DNA of 64,000 nt, from the IMG/VR virus record IMGVR_UViG_3300028115_001816, positions 1 through 64,000 of that record. One strand, given 5' to 3'. A model generated the notes under the pieces. It made no database searches and was not told where the DNA came from. It was given only the letters and a program-made list of their open reading frames with translations. Positions 46,621-56,331 of this stretch are shown piece by piece. Made by a program: the position numbers and the translations under genes. This DNA is from a virus. Every line of letters starts with the position of its first letter. Position 1 is the first letter of the stretch.

Positions 46621-48112
46621 TATCTTGTTAATAAATGTTCCAAGGATAAGTTTGGTATATCCTCCTGCAGGCACAAGTTTACTGAAAGGGGTTGTAGAAC
46701 AACAAGGATTTACCTGTACTGTAAAGGATGCAAACTTTGAATTATTAGATAGCATTAAAGATCCAGATGATTTTGAAACAATTACAAATTATTTTACTAT
46801 CCCTAATGCAGAAATTACTACAAATTGTCAAAATATTATAGACGAATGGTATACTGACCTTGTAAATTATATACTTAAACTTAATCCTAAACATGTTGGT
46901 ATAAGTGTTTTTACATTTGAATGTCAGGTTGCTACTCGTGAACTTTGTAAACTTTTAAGGCAAGTTTATAATGGTAAAATTATAATAGGAGGTGCTGGAT
47001 TAAGTACTACAGGTATTGCAACACAAGTAAATGACTTTGGAAATAACCTTTTAGAAAATAATCTAGTAGATTATTACGTTAGAGGTGAAGGAGAACTTGC
47101 ACTTGTTGATATATTAAAAGAAAATAAAGGTGCAGGCATAAACAATGACAATTATATTCAAATTGAAGACCTTAATAGTTTAGCATATCCAAATTATGAT
47201 GATGTTATCAAGTACAAATACCATTATGCAATAGAGAATATACAACTTCCAATAACAACTAGCAGAGGTTGTGTAAGACGTTGCAGTTTTTGTGATATAC
47301 ATGCATTTTGGAAAAAGTATACATATAGATCTGGCGAAAATATTGCAAAGGAAATGGTTAGTCATTATGAAAAATATGGTGTACGTGACTTTTTCTTTAC
47401 AGATAGTTTAATTAATGGCAATCTTAAAAGTTTTAGACAATTATGTGATTGCTTGGTGACGTATTATGAAGAAAACAATTTGCCAGACAGATTTTTTAGT
47501 TGGGGAGGACAATGGATTGTAAGAACAGAAAAACATTTGAGTCCAGATGACTATAAAAATGCTGCACGTAGTGGTATGAATGGACTTGCAATGGGTGTTG
47601 AAAGCCTAAGTGAGCAAGTTCGTAAGGATATGAATAAAGGATTTAAGAACGAAGACATAGATTATACACTTGAACAGTTTAGATTACATAGTATTAACTG
47701 TTATTTTCTAATGATTGTAGGATATCCAACAGAAACTGAAGAACATCACTTAGAAACAATGCAGAACTTTGTAAAATATCAAGGATATGCTATAGATGGT
47801 ACAATATTTGGAGTAAACTTGGGAGGAACACTTAGTATTGACGAAGGAAGTCCTCTACATCAAGATAGTATACACTTTGGACTAGAACCTACTACAGAAA
47901 ATGAAGAATTATTTGGATTAGATTGGACAAGCAAAGAAAATCCAAAACTTACACTACTGGAAAGAATAAATCGACGAATTGACCTACAGGAATTACTTAT
48001 GGATTTAGGATATACTGTATGGAACGGTGATCACCAATTAAAAAGACTTAAAGCAAGTTATGAGCGTATTAAACAAAATACCTATCACTTTAAAGATATA
48101 CTACACTCATAG
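46610..48112 (+). CDS. Cobalamin-binding (class B) radical SAM protein
   Basis: PPAG..LK, VGISVF, IIIGG, RGEGE B12 domain; SRGCVRRCSFC; GVES; IVGYPTET. Confidence 0.9.
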   Translation: MNCDILLINVPRISLVYPPAGTSLLKGVVEQQGFTCTVKDANFELLDSIKDPDDFETITNYFTIPNAEITTNCQNIIDEWYTDLVNYILKLNPKHVGISVFTFECQVATRELCKLLRQVYNGKIIIGGAGLSTTGIATQVNDFGNNLLENNLVDYYVRGEGELALVDILKENKGAGINNDNYIQIEDLNSLAYPNYDDVIKYKYHYAIENIQLPITTSRGCVRRCSFCDIHAFWKKYTYRSGENIAKEMVSHYEKYGVRDFFFTDSLINGNLKSFRQLCDCLVTYYEENNLPDRFFSWGGQWIVRTEKHLSPDDYKNAARSGMNGLAMGVESLSEQVRKDMNKGFKNEDIDYTLEQFRLHSINCYFLMIVGYPTETEEHHLETMQNFVKYQGYAIDGTIFGVNLGGTLSIDEGSPLHQDSIHFGLEPTTENEELFGLDWTSKENPKLTLLERINRRIDLQELLMDLGYTVWNGDHQLKRLKASYERIKQNTYHFKDILHS

Positions 48113-48569
48113 TGGACATGAAAATGGCTGGCCACTATGTAGAGTCCTATGGGATAACAAACAAGTAGCAAACTTTAAAGCAGATGGACAAGAGATTGAA
48201 TTTACTGTGATGCCTAAACCTAAAGGTACAAGCACACTAATTGTAGAACATTATGGAAAAAATGTATATGAAGAACACGATAAATTTATAGAAATAATAG
48301 GTATGAGAATAAACAATATTCCTTTAAAGAATATACTATGGGAATCTACACAGTATCCTATTACTGCACCATGGGACGAACCTTGGCAAGAAGAAGGAAA
48401 CTTATATCTAGGTCATAATGGCCATATAGTGTGGCACTTTAGTAATCCAGTTTTACTAGACATACAAAATAGATTAGGTGTTAAGAAGAAACCACAAGAA
48501 GGGCAGGAAAGCACTAAGAAAGTTTTACAAGAAATAAAAGAATATTTTAGAAATGAAAAAGATAGATAA
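48060..48569 (+). CDS. Hypothetical protein (paralog of 49188-49493)
   Basis: HYGKN..DKFIEI..YLGHNGHIVWHF. Confidence 0.6.
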   Translation: MSVLNKIPITLKIYYTHSGHENGWPLCRVLWDNKQVANFKADGQEIEFTVMPKPKGTSTLIVEHYGKNVYEEHDKFIEIIGMRINNIPLKNILWESTQYPITAPWDEPWQEEGNLYLGHNGHIVWHFSNPVLLDIQNRLGVKKKPQEGQESTKKVLQEIKEYFRNEKDR

Positions 48570-49191
48570 TTTTTTTACAGAAAACGATTGTAAGTGGTTT
48601 CAATGGTATCATAACGTTTTGCCAGAGTCTAGAGATAACGGACTACGTATACAAACTATGACACATTTTGCACAACCATTTTTTGCTAGAAAGTTAAAAC
48701 AAATACAAAGTTTACTTCCAGATAATGAAGAAGTTACTACATTGAATATAAATTTTGATTATGGTGCAGGCGGAATACATAGCGATGGATATCTCGAGCA
48801 TGATAAAAATGATAAAATTGCAAATAGTTATCTAATACCTATTCAAGTCCATCCTACAGACAAGTATTACACAGTAATTTTCGAACAAACTAGTATGGAA
48901 GCAATTACGTTCAATGGTGAACTTGGACTAGGAGATAAAGGTATAACAACTTATAGGCAAGTGTCTAGGGAAGAATTTGGATTAAGTAACGAACCTTTTG
49001 ATAAAGATGTTTATAATAAGTATCTTACTCATTTAAATTATGATGCACTAAAAGGTTTGACAGTTGCACACATTCATGCATGGACACTAGGCAGTGCTAT
49101 GACTTGGCCCAGACAAAACTTTCATGTTAGTGCAAACTTTATAAACAAGGACACAAGAGCAAGTGTATTAATTGTTACGAGATATAAATGA
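48553..49191 (+). CDS. Putative 2OG-Fe(II) oxygenase-like protein
   Basis: IHSD (HxD), SYLIPI, distal NFHVS and R; DSBH-like spacing. Confidence 0.45.
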   Translation: MKKIDNFFTENDCKWFQWYHNVLPESRDNGLRIQTMTHFAQPFFARKLKQIQSLLPDNEEVTTLNINFDYGAGGIHSDGYLEHDKNDKIANSYLIPIQVHPTDKYYTVIFEQTSMEAITFNGELGLGDKGITTYRQVSREEFGLSNEPFDKDVYNKYLTHLNYDALKGLTVAHIHAWTLGSAMTWPRQNFHVSANFINKDTRASVLIVTRYK

Positions 49192-49493
49192 TAGAATTCG
49201 AATTCGAAAACAACGGTAGTTTAGAATATGAAGTTACACTCACAAACAATGGTGCTAAGATAAGATTCTTTGGAAAAAATTATAGTACAAATACAGAAGA
49301 TCATGTTATAATAAAGAATATAATTTATAAAGATTTAATTTTACCAGAACTTTTTGGATACACAAAAATGACAACAGACAATAAAGATTATGCTAACTTA
49401 ACTAATGTAAATTATATTTCATTTAATGGTATATGGGAATTAAAATTTACAGAACAAGATATTAAAAATATACTAAAGAAGAAACTTACATGA
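49188..49493 (+). CDS. Hypothetical protein (paralog of 48060-48569)
   Basis: FFGKN..DHVIIKNI..YISFNGIWELKF. Confidence 0.55.
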   Translation: MIEFEFENNGSLEYEVTLTNNGAKIRFFGKNYSTNTEDHVIIKNIIYKDLILPELFGYTKMTTDNKDYANLTNVNYISFNGIWELKFTEQDIKNILKKKLT

Positions 49494-50890
49494 CTGAAGG
49501 TAATCCAGAAAATAATTTAGAACGTATTTTACAAAACACATTACCGCCACATGATTTCAAACGTGAGCATTTGGATACAAGAAGTGCAAGTTTTTGTGGT
49601 GCAAAATGGTATAATGCTACAGTATGGCTTGGTAGTGGCATGACAACTAGTTGTCATCATCCATTACCACATAAAATAGATGCAGAAGCAGTCAAAACAA
49701 ATCCTAAACTGTTACACAATACTCCTGAGAAAAAAGAACAACGCAGACAAATGCAGTGTGGCGAAAGACCTGCAGGATGTGAATACTGCTGGAAAATTGA
49801 GGACATGGGTCCTGACCATATAAGTGATAGAATTTATAAAAGTTGGATATATACAGATGAGGAACTTACTGATGCATTTACAACAGACTATAAAGAAGAT
49901 TTTGAACTTAGAAGTCTTGAAATCGCCTTTGATAGAACATGCAATTTTGCTTGCAGTTATTGTAATCCTGCGTTTTCAAGCACATGGGTAAAAGATATAA
50001 ACAATAAAGGACCATACCAAAATCTGCAAAGTGATGGTAGAGGACATTTCATACATCCACATGATAGTAACCAGTTGTATGGATACGGAGAGTATAATCC
50101 ATATGTAGAAGCATTCTTTAAATGGTGGGAAAGTGATTTACATAAAACACTAAGGCAATTAAGAGTAACAGGTGGCGAACCACTAATGAGTGCAGACTTA
50201 TGGAAACTTATAGAATGGTTTGAAAAGAATGGCGATAAAAGTCAAACAAGTTTAGCAATTAATAGTAATTTAGTAGCAAAACCAGAATTAATACAAAGAC
50301 TTGTTGATGTTAAATCTCACTTGCCAAGTTTAGGTGTTTACAGTAGTTGCGAAGCAGTAGATTCTAGTGCAGAATATATTCGTGATGGTATGGTATTTGA
50401 TCAGTGGTGGCAAAACATGCAAAAATTACATGAAGCAGATATTGACACACATTGTATGATGACAATAAATGCACTTTGTTTAGAAACGTTGCCTGAACTT
50501 GTGGATCGTATAATGCAAAAGCGAAAAGAGTATAATGGTAATAGATTTGCAATAATGAGTTTCAATATACTAAGATTTCCAAGTTTTCAAAGTCCTTTAG
50601 TGCTGAGCAATGAAATAAAAAAATATCATGTAGAGAAACTTACTGAACTTAGAAAAAAGTGGGCACCTAAGTATCTTAATAGGAGTGATTGTTTTCATGA
50701 GTTTGAACTAGGACAGTTGGATAGACTTATAGAATATTTACAAGTAGTAGATAAGCCACACAGTGAAGGTTTTGATATGCCTAGATTACACAATGACTTC
50801 AAACAATTTTACACACAATATGATATTAGACGCAACAAAAATTTTACAAAAACTTTTCCAGAATTAGAAGAATGGTATGAGTCGCTCTAA
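49490..50890 (+). CDS. N-terminal twitch-domain radical SAM protein
   Basis: FCGAKW..SCHH..CEYCW; CNFACSYC; TGGEP; closest to 41088-42452. Confidence 0.88.
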   Translation: MTEGNPENNLERILQNTLPPHDFKREHLDTRSASFCGAKWYNATVWLGSGMTTSCHHPLPHKIDAEAVKTNPKLLHNTPEKKEQRRQMQCGERPAGCEYCWKIEDMGPDHISDRIYKSWIYTDEELTDAFTTDYKEDFELRSLEIAFDRTCNFACSYCNPAFSSTWVKDINNKGPYQNLQSDGRGHFIHPHDSNQLYGYGEYNPYVEAFFKWWESDLHKTLRQLRVTGGEPLMSADLWKLIEWFEKNGDKSQTSLAINSNLVAKPELIQRLVDVKSHLPSLGVYSSCEAVDSSAEYIRDGMVFDQWWQNMQKLHEADIDTHCMMTINALCLETLPELVDRIMQKRKEYNGNRFAIMSFNILRFPSFQSPLVLSNEIKKYHVEKLTELRKKWAPKYLNRSDCFHEFELGQLDRLIEYLQVVDKPHSEGFDMPRLHNDFKQFYTQYDIRRNKNFTKTFPELEEWYESL

Positions 50891-52181
50891 AACAGAAAAA
50901 TATTACGAAACTTACGACTACAATAGTAGGAGGCCAGTCTTTGTAGAATTAGAATCCTTACGTGATGATCAACAAAAAAAATTAATTGAAAGTAAGTATT
51001 TTTGTATGATTCCTTGGACACATATACACGGATTTCCAACAGGAGAAGCATACCCTTGTTGTTTAGGTGAGATGAAACACCCTATTGGAAACATGAGAGA
51101 AAATACTCTAGAGGAAATATGGAATGGTGAGCAATATACACAAATGCGTACTAATATGCTTGCAGACAGGCCTTGTAAAGAGTGTACACGTTGTTACGAA
51201 CAAGAAGAACAAGGATTTTTTAGTATGCGTAATAGCAGTAATAAACATTTCGGACATCATATACATAAAGTAGATCAAGGAATTAATCCAAATTTTGAAT
51301 TAGTCTATTGGGATATACGTTTTAGTAATCAATGTAATTTAAAATGTCGTAGTTGTGGTCCTATGTTTAGTAGTTTATGGTATGATGATCATGTAAAAAT
51401 GCATGGACAACCTCCTAATCATAAACGTATAGAATGGGCCGGGCGTAACAAGAATGATATTTGGGAACAAATGATCCCACATATAGACCATATAGAGCAA
51501 ATATATTTTGCAGGTGGTGAACCACTTATAATGCAAGAGCATTACAATATACTTAAAGAATTAGTAAAAAGAGAAAAGTTTGATGTAAAGTTAATATATA
51601 ATACAAACTTTAATGAAACATTGTATAAAGATTTAGATGTACTAGATTATTGGGGAATGTTTGATAGCGTTAGTGTAGGTGCAAGTTTAGATGCTAGTGG
51701 CAATCGTGCAGAACTAATGCGTAAAGGTTGTGACTGGAATAAAATTACTGCTAACAGAGAACGTATGTTAAAAAAATGTCCAAAAGTAGATTTTTATATT
51801 AGTCCTACACTAAGTTTAATGAATGTAGATCATATACCAGACTTTCATAAGGATTGGGTAGAGCGTGGTTTGTTGAAACCACAAGATTTAAATATAAACA
51901 TTTTACAGAGTCCAGATTGGTATCGTGTAGATTGTTTACCAGATAATATTAAAAAGGATTTAACACATAAATTAAATGAACATATAAACTGGTTAAGTCC
52001 TAAAGATAATTTGCAAAGAGCAACAAACGGATTCAAAAGTCTTATAAGTTTTATGAATGCACAAGATAATACAACTCATTTAGAAAAGTTCAATCAAGTA
52101 ACAACTCAATTAGACAAAGTAAGGATAGAAAATTTTTATAAAGTCTTTCCAGAGTTAGAAAGTCTAAAACAGTATGCATAA
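50877..52181 (+). CDS. N-terminal twitch-domain radical SAM protein
   Basis: FCMIPW..PCC..CTRCY; CNLKCRSC; AGGEP. Confidence 0.88.
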   Translation: MSRSKTEKYYETYDYNSRRPVFVELESLRDDQQKKLIESKYFCMIPWTHIHGFPTGEAYPCCLGEMKHPIGNMRENTLEEIWNGEQYTQMRTNMLADRPCKECTRCYEQEEQGFFSMRNSSNKHFGHHIHKVDQGINPNFELVYWDIRFSNQCNLKCRSCGPMFSSLWYDDHVKMHGQPPNHKRIEWAGRNKNDIWEQMIPHIDHIEQIYFAGGEPLIMQEHYNILKELVKREKFDVKLIYNTNFNETLYKDLDVLDYWGMFDSVSVGASLDASGNRAELMRKGCDWNKITANRERMLKKCPKVDFYISPTLSLMNVDHIPDFHKDWVERGLLKPQDLNINILQSPDWYRVDCLPDNIKKDLTHKLNEHINWLSPKDNLQRATNGFKSLISFMNAQDNTTHLEKFNQVTTQLDKVRIENFYKVFPELESLKQYA

Positions 52182-53343
52182 ATGTATATTACCATGGATT
52201 AGTATAGAAGCAACACCTATGGGAACAACAAGACCCTGTTGTTTATATACAGACGAAATACCAAATATCAATCTTAAAAATAGTACACTAGACGATGCTT
52301 TTAATAGTAGAACTATGCGTGATTTAAGACGTAGTTTTAGAAGAGGTGAAAAGCCTGAAGGATGTAGGAATTGTTGGCGTGAAGAAGATGCAGGGAAAAA
52401 AAGCAAGCGGCAATATATGTTAGATAAGTTTAAACATTTAAATGTTGAATATAAAGACAACAAGGGTGAGAAACTTCTATTTTTAGACTTAAAATTAGGA
52501 AACATTTGTAACTTAAAATGTCGTATTTGTGGAAGCTGGAGTAGTAGTAAATGGGCACAAGAAGAATGGGATTACACAGGAAAACATAAAGATCATATAG
52601 CAAAAAAGTGGCTAAAGGACGGGCAGTGGGTAAGAAAATCGCCTAACTTTTGGAAAAACTTAGATGAATTATTACCACAAATAAAATACTTTGAATTTAC
52701 TGGTGGTGAGCCTTGGATGATAAAACAACATTTTGAATTATTACAACGTGCAGTTGAACAAGGTTTTGCAAAAGATATTGACATTCATTACAATACAAAC
52801 ACTACACAGTACCCAAAAGATCCAACTATATGGAAATATTTTAAACATGTACAGATTGCGTTTAGTGTAGACAACACAAAAGAACGTTTTGAGTATGAGC
52901 GTTATGGCGCAAAATGGAAAACATCAAATTCTAATATAAAAAAAGTTCATAGGTTGCGTGAACAAGGATATCCAATTACTACACAATTGTGTTGTACATG
53001 GAACATACAAAATATTTTTTATTTAGATGAAATATTAACTTGGGCATACACAATGGACTTTGATAATATACATTTTAATCTTATGCATGATCCTTGGGAA
53101 TTTAGTTTAAATTGTACCCCAAAAACTGCAAGAGCTCCTCTAATGCTTTATTTGCAAAAACAACAGATAAAACATAAGAAATATGCAACAGATATTCATG
53201 CTCTTAAACAAATTATTGTTGATAGTACTCACGAATCTAGTGATGATATAACAAAAAGATTAAGACGTACAGACTTATATCGTAATCAAAATTTTGCAAT
53301 AAGTCATAGTAAAATTGCAAAGGCTATAAACTATGAACTCTAA
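52174..53343 (+). CDS. N-terminal twitch-domain radical SAM protein
   Basis: CILPW..PCC..CRNCW; CNLKCRIC; TGGEP. Confidence 0.88.
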   Translation: MHKCILPWISIEATPMGTTRPCCLYTDEIPNINLKNSTLDDAFNSRTMRDLRRSFRRGEKPEGCRNCWREEDAGKKSKRQYMLDKFKHLNVEYKDNKGEKLLFLDLKLGNICNLKCRICGSWSSSKWAQEEWDYTGKHKDHIAKKWLKDGQWVRKSPNFWKNLDELLPQIKYFEFTGGEPWMIKQHFELLQRAVEQGFAKDIDIHYNTNTTQYPKDPTIWKYFKHVQIAFSVDNTKERFEYERYGAKWKTSNSNIKKVHRLREQGYPITTQLCCTWNIQNIFYLDEILTWAYTMDFDNIHFNLMHDPWEFSLNCTPKTARAPLMLYLQKQQIKHKKYATDIHALKQIIVDSTHESSDDITKRLRRTDLYRNQNFAISHSKIAKAINYEL

Positions 53344-54610
53344 ACCTGAAAATTTATGTATGGCTCCTTGGACTCATACATATCTTAGTCCACAAACAGA
53401 ACGCAGACTGTGTTGTGCTAGTCGTGAACCTGCACAAAATTTTAAACAGTATATCGATACTGCAGAAGGCACAAACGAATATAAACCACAGCCATTAGAA
53501 GAATATTGGAACAGTGAAAATATTAGGCGTATTCGTATACAGATGCTAAACAACGAAGTTCCTCCTGAATGTGTAGTATGTGATAAAAAATTATTAAACC
53601 AAGATGTATATAGAGATTATTTTAGTCATTTGTTTGCACACAAATGGCACGAAATAATTCCTAGCACAGATGAGACAGGCCATACTACTATGAAGCCTGT
53701 AAGTTGGGATTACCGTTTTAGCAACTTATGTAATTTTAAATGTAGAATGTGTGGTCCTATGTTGAGCAGTGCTTGGGAAACAGAAGCACGTAAGCAAGGC
53801 AAAATAGAACCTTGGATGGAAAAACCTGTAAAACGTAAAATAGAAGAATTCCAAAAAAACACAGTTGAACAAGAATTCTCAGATGCAGTTGAAGAACATA
53901 GAGTAGAAGAAATTTACTGGGTAGGTGGAGAACCACTTATGTACGAACAACACTGGCGTTATATGCAACGTATAATTGAATTAGGAGATGGCCCAGGTTT
54001 ATATGCACGTTACAATACTAATTTGCATAGGGTAAATTATAAAGGTATTAATCTTTATCAGGATATATTGGATAATATTCGTGATTGGCAAATATGTGCA
54101 AGTTTAGATGGAACAGGCAAAATTGGAGAGTACATTAGAACAGGTTTAGATTATAATGTATGGTTAGAAAATTTTAAACAAGGATTAGCACACAGTAGAA
54201 ACAGACGCATGATGCGTATAGATTTCACTTTAACATTACCGGGTTTATTTGATATAGTAAATATATGTAGATTAGCACGTGAACTAGATGTTGATATACT
54301 TGCTAAAGTAACTTTTGCATTTACACCAGATATTGCAATGAGTCCACTTTTCCTACCTAAAGATATATTACATTCATATATAAATGAATTGTTATTGACA
54401 AGTGAAGTGGATAATATTACAATTAGAAATATGCTTGTAAGTTTATTAGAGCGACCTACATTTGAAGAAGAATTTCCTGATGAATATGCAAAAGCAAGAA
54501 TCAAAGGCAAATGGCGTATGCAAGCAATGGATAATTTACGTGGTCGTATGAAGTTTGAAGATACACTTAAGACGCAACAAGCAAAAGACTTTTGGAATGG
54601 AATTTGTTAG
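53333..54610 (+). CDS. N-terminal twitch-domain radical SAM protein
   Basis: LCMAPW..LCC..CVVC; CNFKCRMC; VGGEP. Confidence 0.88.
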   Translation: MNSKPENLCMAPWTHTYLSPQTERRLCCASREPAQNFKQYIDTAEGTNEYKPQPLEEYWNSENIRRIRIQMLNNEVPPECVVCDKKLLNQDVYRDYFSHLFAHKWHEIIPSTDETGHTTMKPVSWDYRFSNLCNFKCRMCGPMLSSAWETEARKQGKIEPWMEKPVKRKIEEFQKNTVEQEFSDAVEEHRVEEIYWVGGEPLMYEQHWRYMQRIIELGDGPGLYARYNTNLHRVNYKGINLYQDILDNIRDWQICASLDGTGKIGEYIRTGLDYNVWLENFKQGLAHSRNRRMMRIDFTLTLPGLFDIVNICRLARELDVDILAKVTFAFTPDIAMSPLFLPKDILHSYINELLLTSEVDNITIRNMLVSLLERPTFEEEFPDEYAKARIKGKWRMQAMDNLRGRMKFEDTLKTQQAKDFWNGIC

Positions 54611-55066
54611 ATGAAAATATTAATATGTGGTTTGCCTGGTAGTGGCAAGAGTACACTTGCAAAACCTTTTGCAGAATTGCTAGGCGGTGTATGGATAAAC
54701 GCAGATCAAGTAAGAGAACAATATGACGATTGGGACTTCTCGCCTGAAGGCAGAATACGCCAAGCACAACGCATGAGATATTTAAGTGATGGTGTTTTAA
54801 GAGCAGGAGGTATTGCAGTTGCTGATTTTGTTTGTCCAACTGAAAAGGCACGTAAAGAGTTTGATGCAGATTATGTAGTTTGGATGGATACTATTAAAGA
54901 AGGTCGGTTTGAAGACACTAATAAAATGTTTGAAAAGCCAACAGACGTAAATTATCACGTAGCAGATTGGTTTGATGATACACATGCACAATTACTTGAA
55001 GTAGTACAAAATTACATGCGTATGAAAGAAGGATTACCAACCCTACCTATAGGAGTAAAAAAATGA
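54611..55066 (+). CDS. cysC: Adenylyl-sulfate kinase-like P-loop kinase
   Basis: GLPGSGKST, NADQVR..DFSPEGR, ADFVCP, FEKP. Confidence 0.7.
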   Translation: MKILICGLPGSGKSTLAKPFAELLGGVWINADQVREQYDDWDFSPEGRIRQAQRMRYLSDGVLRAGGIAVADFVCPTEKARKEFDADYVVWMDTIKEGRFEDTNKMFEKPTDVNYHVADWFDDTHAQLLEVVQNYMRMKEGLPTLPIGVKK

Positions 55067-55479
55067 GTTTTGATTGGAAAAAACCCACAGTACAAATGCT
55101 TGGTAGATGGCAACCCTGGCATGAAGGACATACACAATTGTTTGAACGTGCAATAGAGATAACAGGACAAGTTTGTATTATGGTTCGTGATGTAGGTGGA
55201 ATAATTGGCGAAGATGCAGGTGCAGGAAGAACAATAAAACAAGATGATAATCCTTTTGATTTTGATAAAGTTTCTGAAGATATTGCAGGAAAATTATTTA
55301 CCAGAGGATATATAATAGGTGAAGAATTTGAAGTAATGCTAGTTCCTAATATTGTAGATATTAGTTACGGAAGAGGTGTAGGTTATACATTTACAGAACA
55401 TGACTTAGGAGAACGTGTTCATAATATTAGTGCAACTAAAATAAGAAAAGAAATGAGAGAAAATGGTGAATTGGATTAG
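55063..55479 (+). CDS. HxGH nucleotidyltransferase (cytidylyltransferase-like)
   Basis: GRWQPWHEGH, DNPF, ISATKIR. Confidence 0.8.
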   Translation: MSFDWKKPTVQMLGRWQPWHEGHTQLFERAIEITGQVCIMVRDVGGIIGEDAGAGRTIKQDDNPFDFDKVSEDIAGKLFTRGYIIGEEFEVMLVPNIVDISYGRGVGYTFTEHDLGERVHNISATKIRKEMRENGELD

Positions 55480-55495
55480 AAATATTAAATAAGGT

Positions 55496-56215
55496 ATGTA
55501 TTACGGAAACGATATTCTAATGTCCTTTGTAGAATATTCTGGCGGAAAATTTGTAAAAAATTGTATTTGTTTAAGTAAATATTTTTTATTCAATTCTAAA
55601 GATAAAGATTTAGAATACCTTATTAATAATCCCGAAGATTATCAATATAAACTCAAATGTATTTTAAGTACTTTGCCAAAAAAAGAAAATATGAAACATT
55701 GGAGGACATACGAATTTGGAGAAATAGATAGGAATAGTACAATTTTTTTGCTTGCTAAGAAAAAAGGATTTAGATTTGCAAGAACTATGCATAGTTTTAG
55801 TAAAGATCTTTTAAATCTTTGCAAAGATGCAGTTATAATTAAACTTATAAATTACGAAAAATTTAGAGATATTGCTAGTAAACTAAAACATGCAAATTTA
55901 AAAGAAACTGACGAATGTGAAAGCAAGTATAAAATAGTAGCAGGTGATGACTGGCCTTCATTTCAAAAATTACAAAGTTCAGGCTTTAATACAAAATTTT
56001 TAGAGATTACAGATCAAAATATATTAGAAGATATTCATAAATATTATCAATTTGGTACCATAGAAAATAAAATGTTTTTGTATGATAAAGATAAAATTTT
56101 TAATATGTCGGATTTTATGAGTCAAATGAAAAAATTATATGAGTATTTAAATCTAGATGATTTCAACGAGGAGTTGGTTTCGGTGTATTATACAGAATAT
56201 ATGAAATTACATTAG
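55496..56215 (+). CDS. Hypothetical protein
   Basis: N-terminal YSGGKF loop, internal YKIVAGDDWPSF; function not recognised. Confidence 0.55.
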   Translation: MYYGNDILMSFVEYSGGKFVKNCICLSKYFLFNSKDKDLEYLINNPEDYQYKLKCILSTLPKKENMKHWRTYEFGEIDRNSTIFLLAKKKGFRFARTMHSFSKDLLNLCKDAVIIKLINYEKFRDIASKLKHANLKETDECESKYKIVAGDDWPSFQKLQSSGFNTKFLEITDQNILEDIHKYYQFGTIENKMFLYDKDKIFNMSDFMSQMKKLYEYLNLDDFNEELVSVYYTEYMKLH

Positions 56216-56226
56216 GAAATAAGAAA

Positions 56227-56331
56227 ATGATAAATTGGGTCAAAAGTATTATTAATAAAATTAAACTTGAAATACGCTATAGAAAGCGTTTGAAAGAATT
56301 AAGAAAAAGGGATCCATTTATATACAAATGA
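56227..56331 (+). CDS. Small basic protein, 34 aa
   Basis: Not in ORF track. MINWVKSIINKIKLEIRYRKRLKELRKRDPFIYK; AGGA SD; ATGA overlap with carbamoyltransferase. Confidence 0.65.
   Translation: MINWVKSIINKIKLEIRYRKRLKELRKRDPFIYK

Noticed and set aside
55484-55491. Late promoter ATTAAATA before 55496
   Set aside because: Mismatch to the ATAAATA core, only 4 nt from the ATG, and likely by chance in AT-rich DNA.
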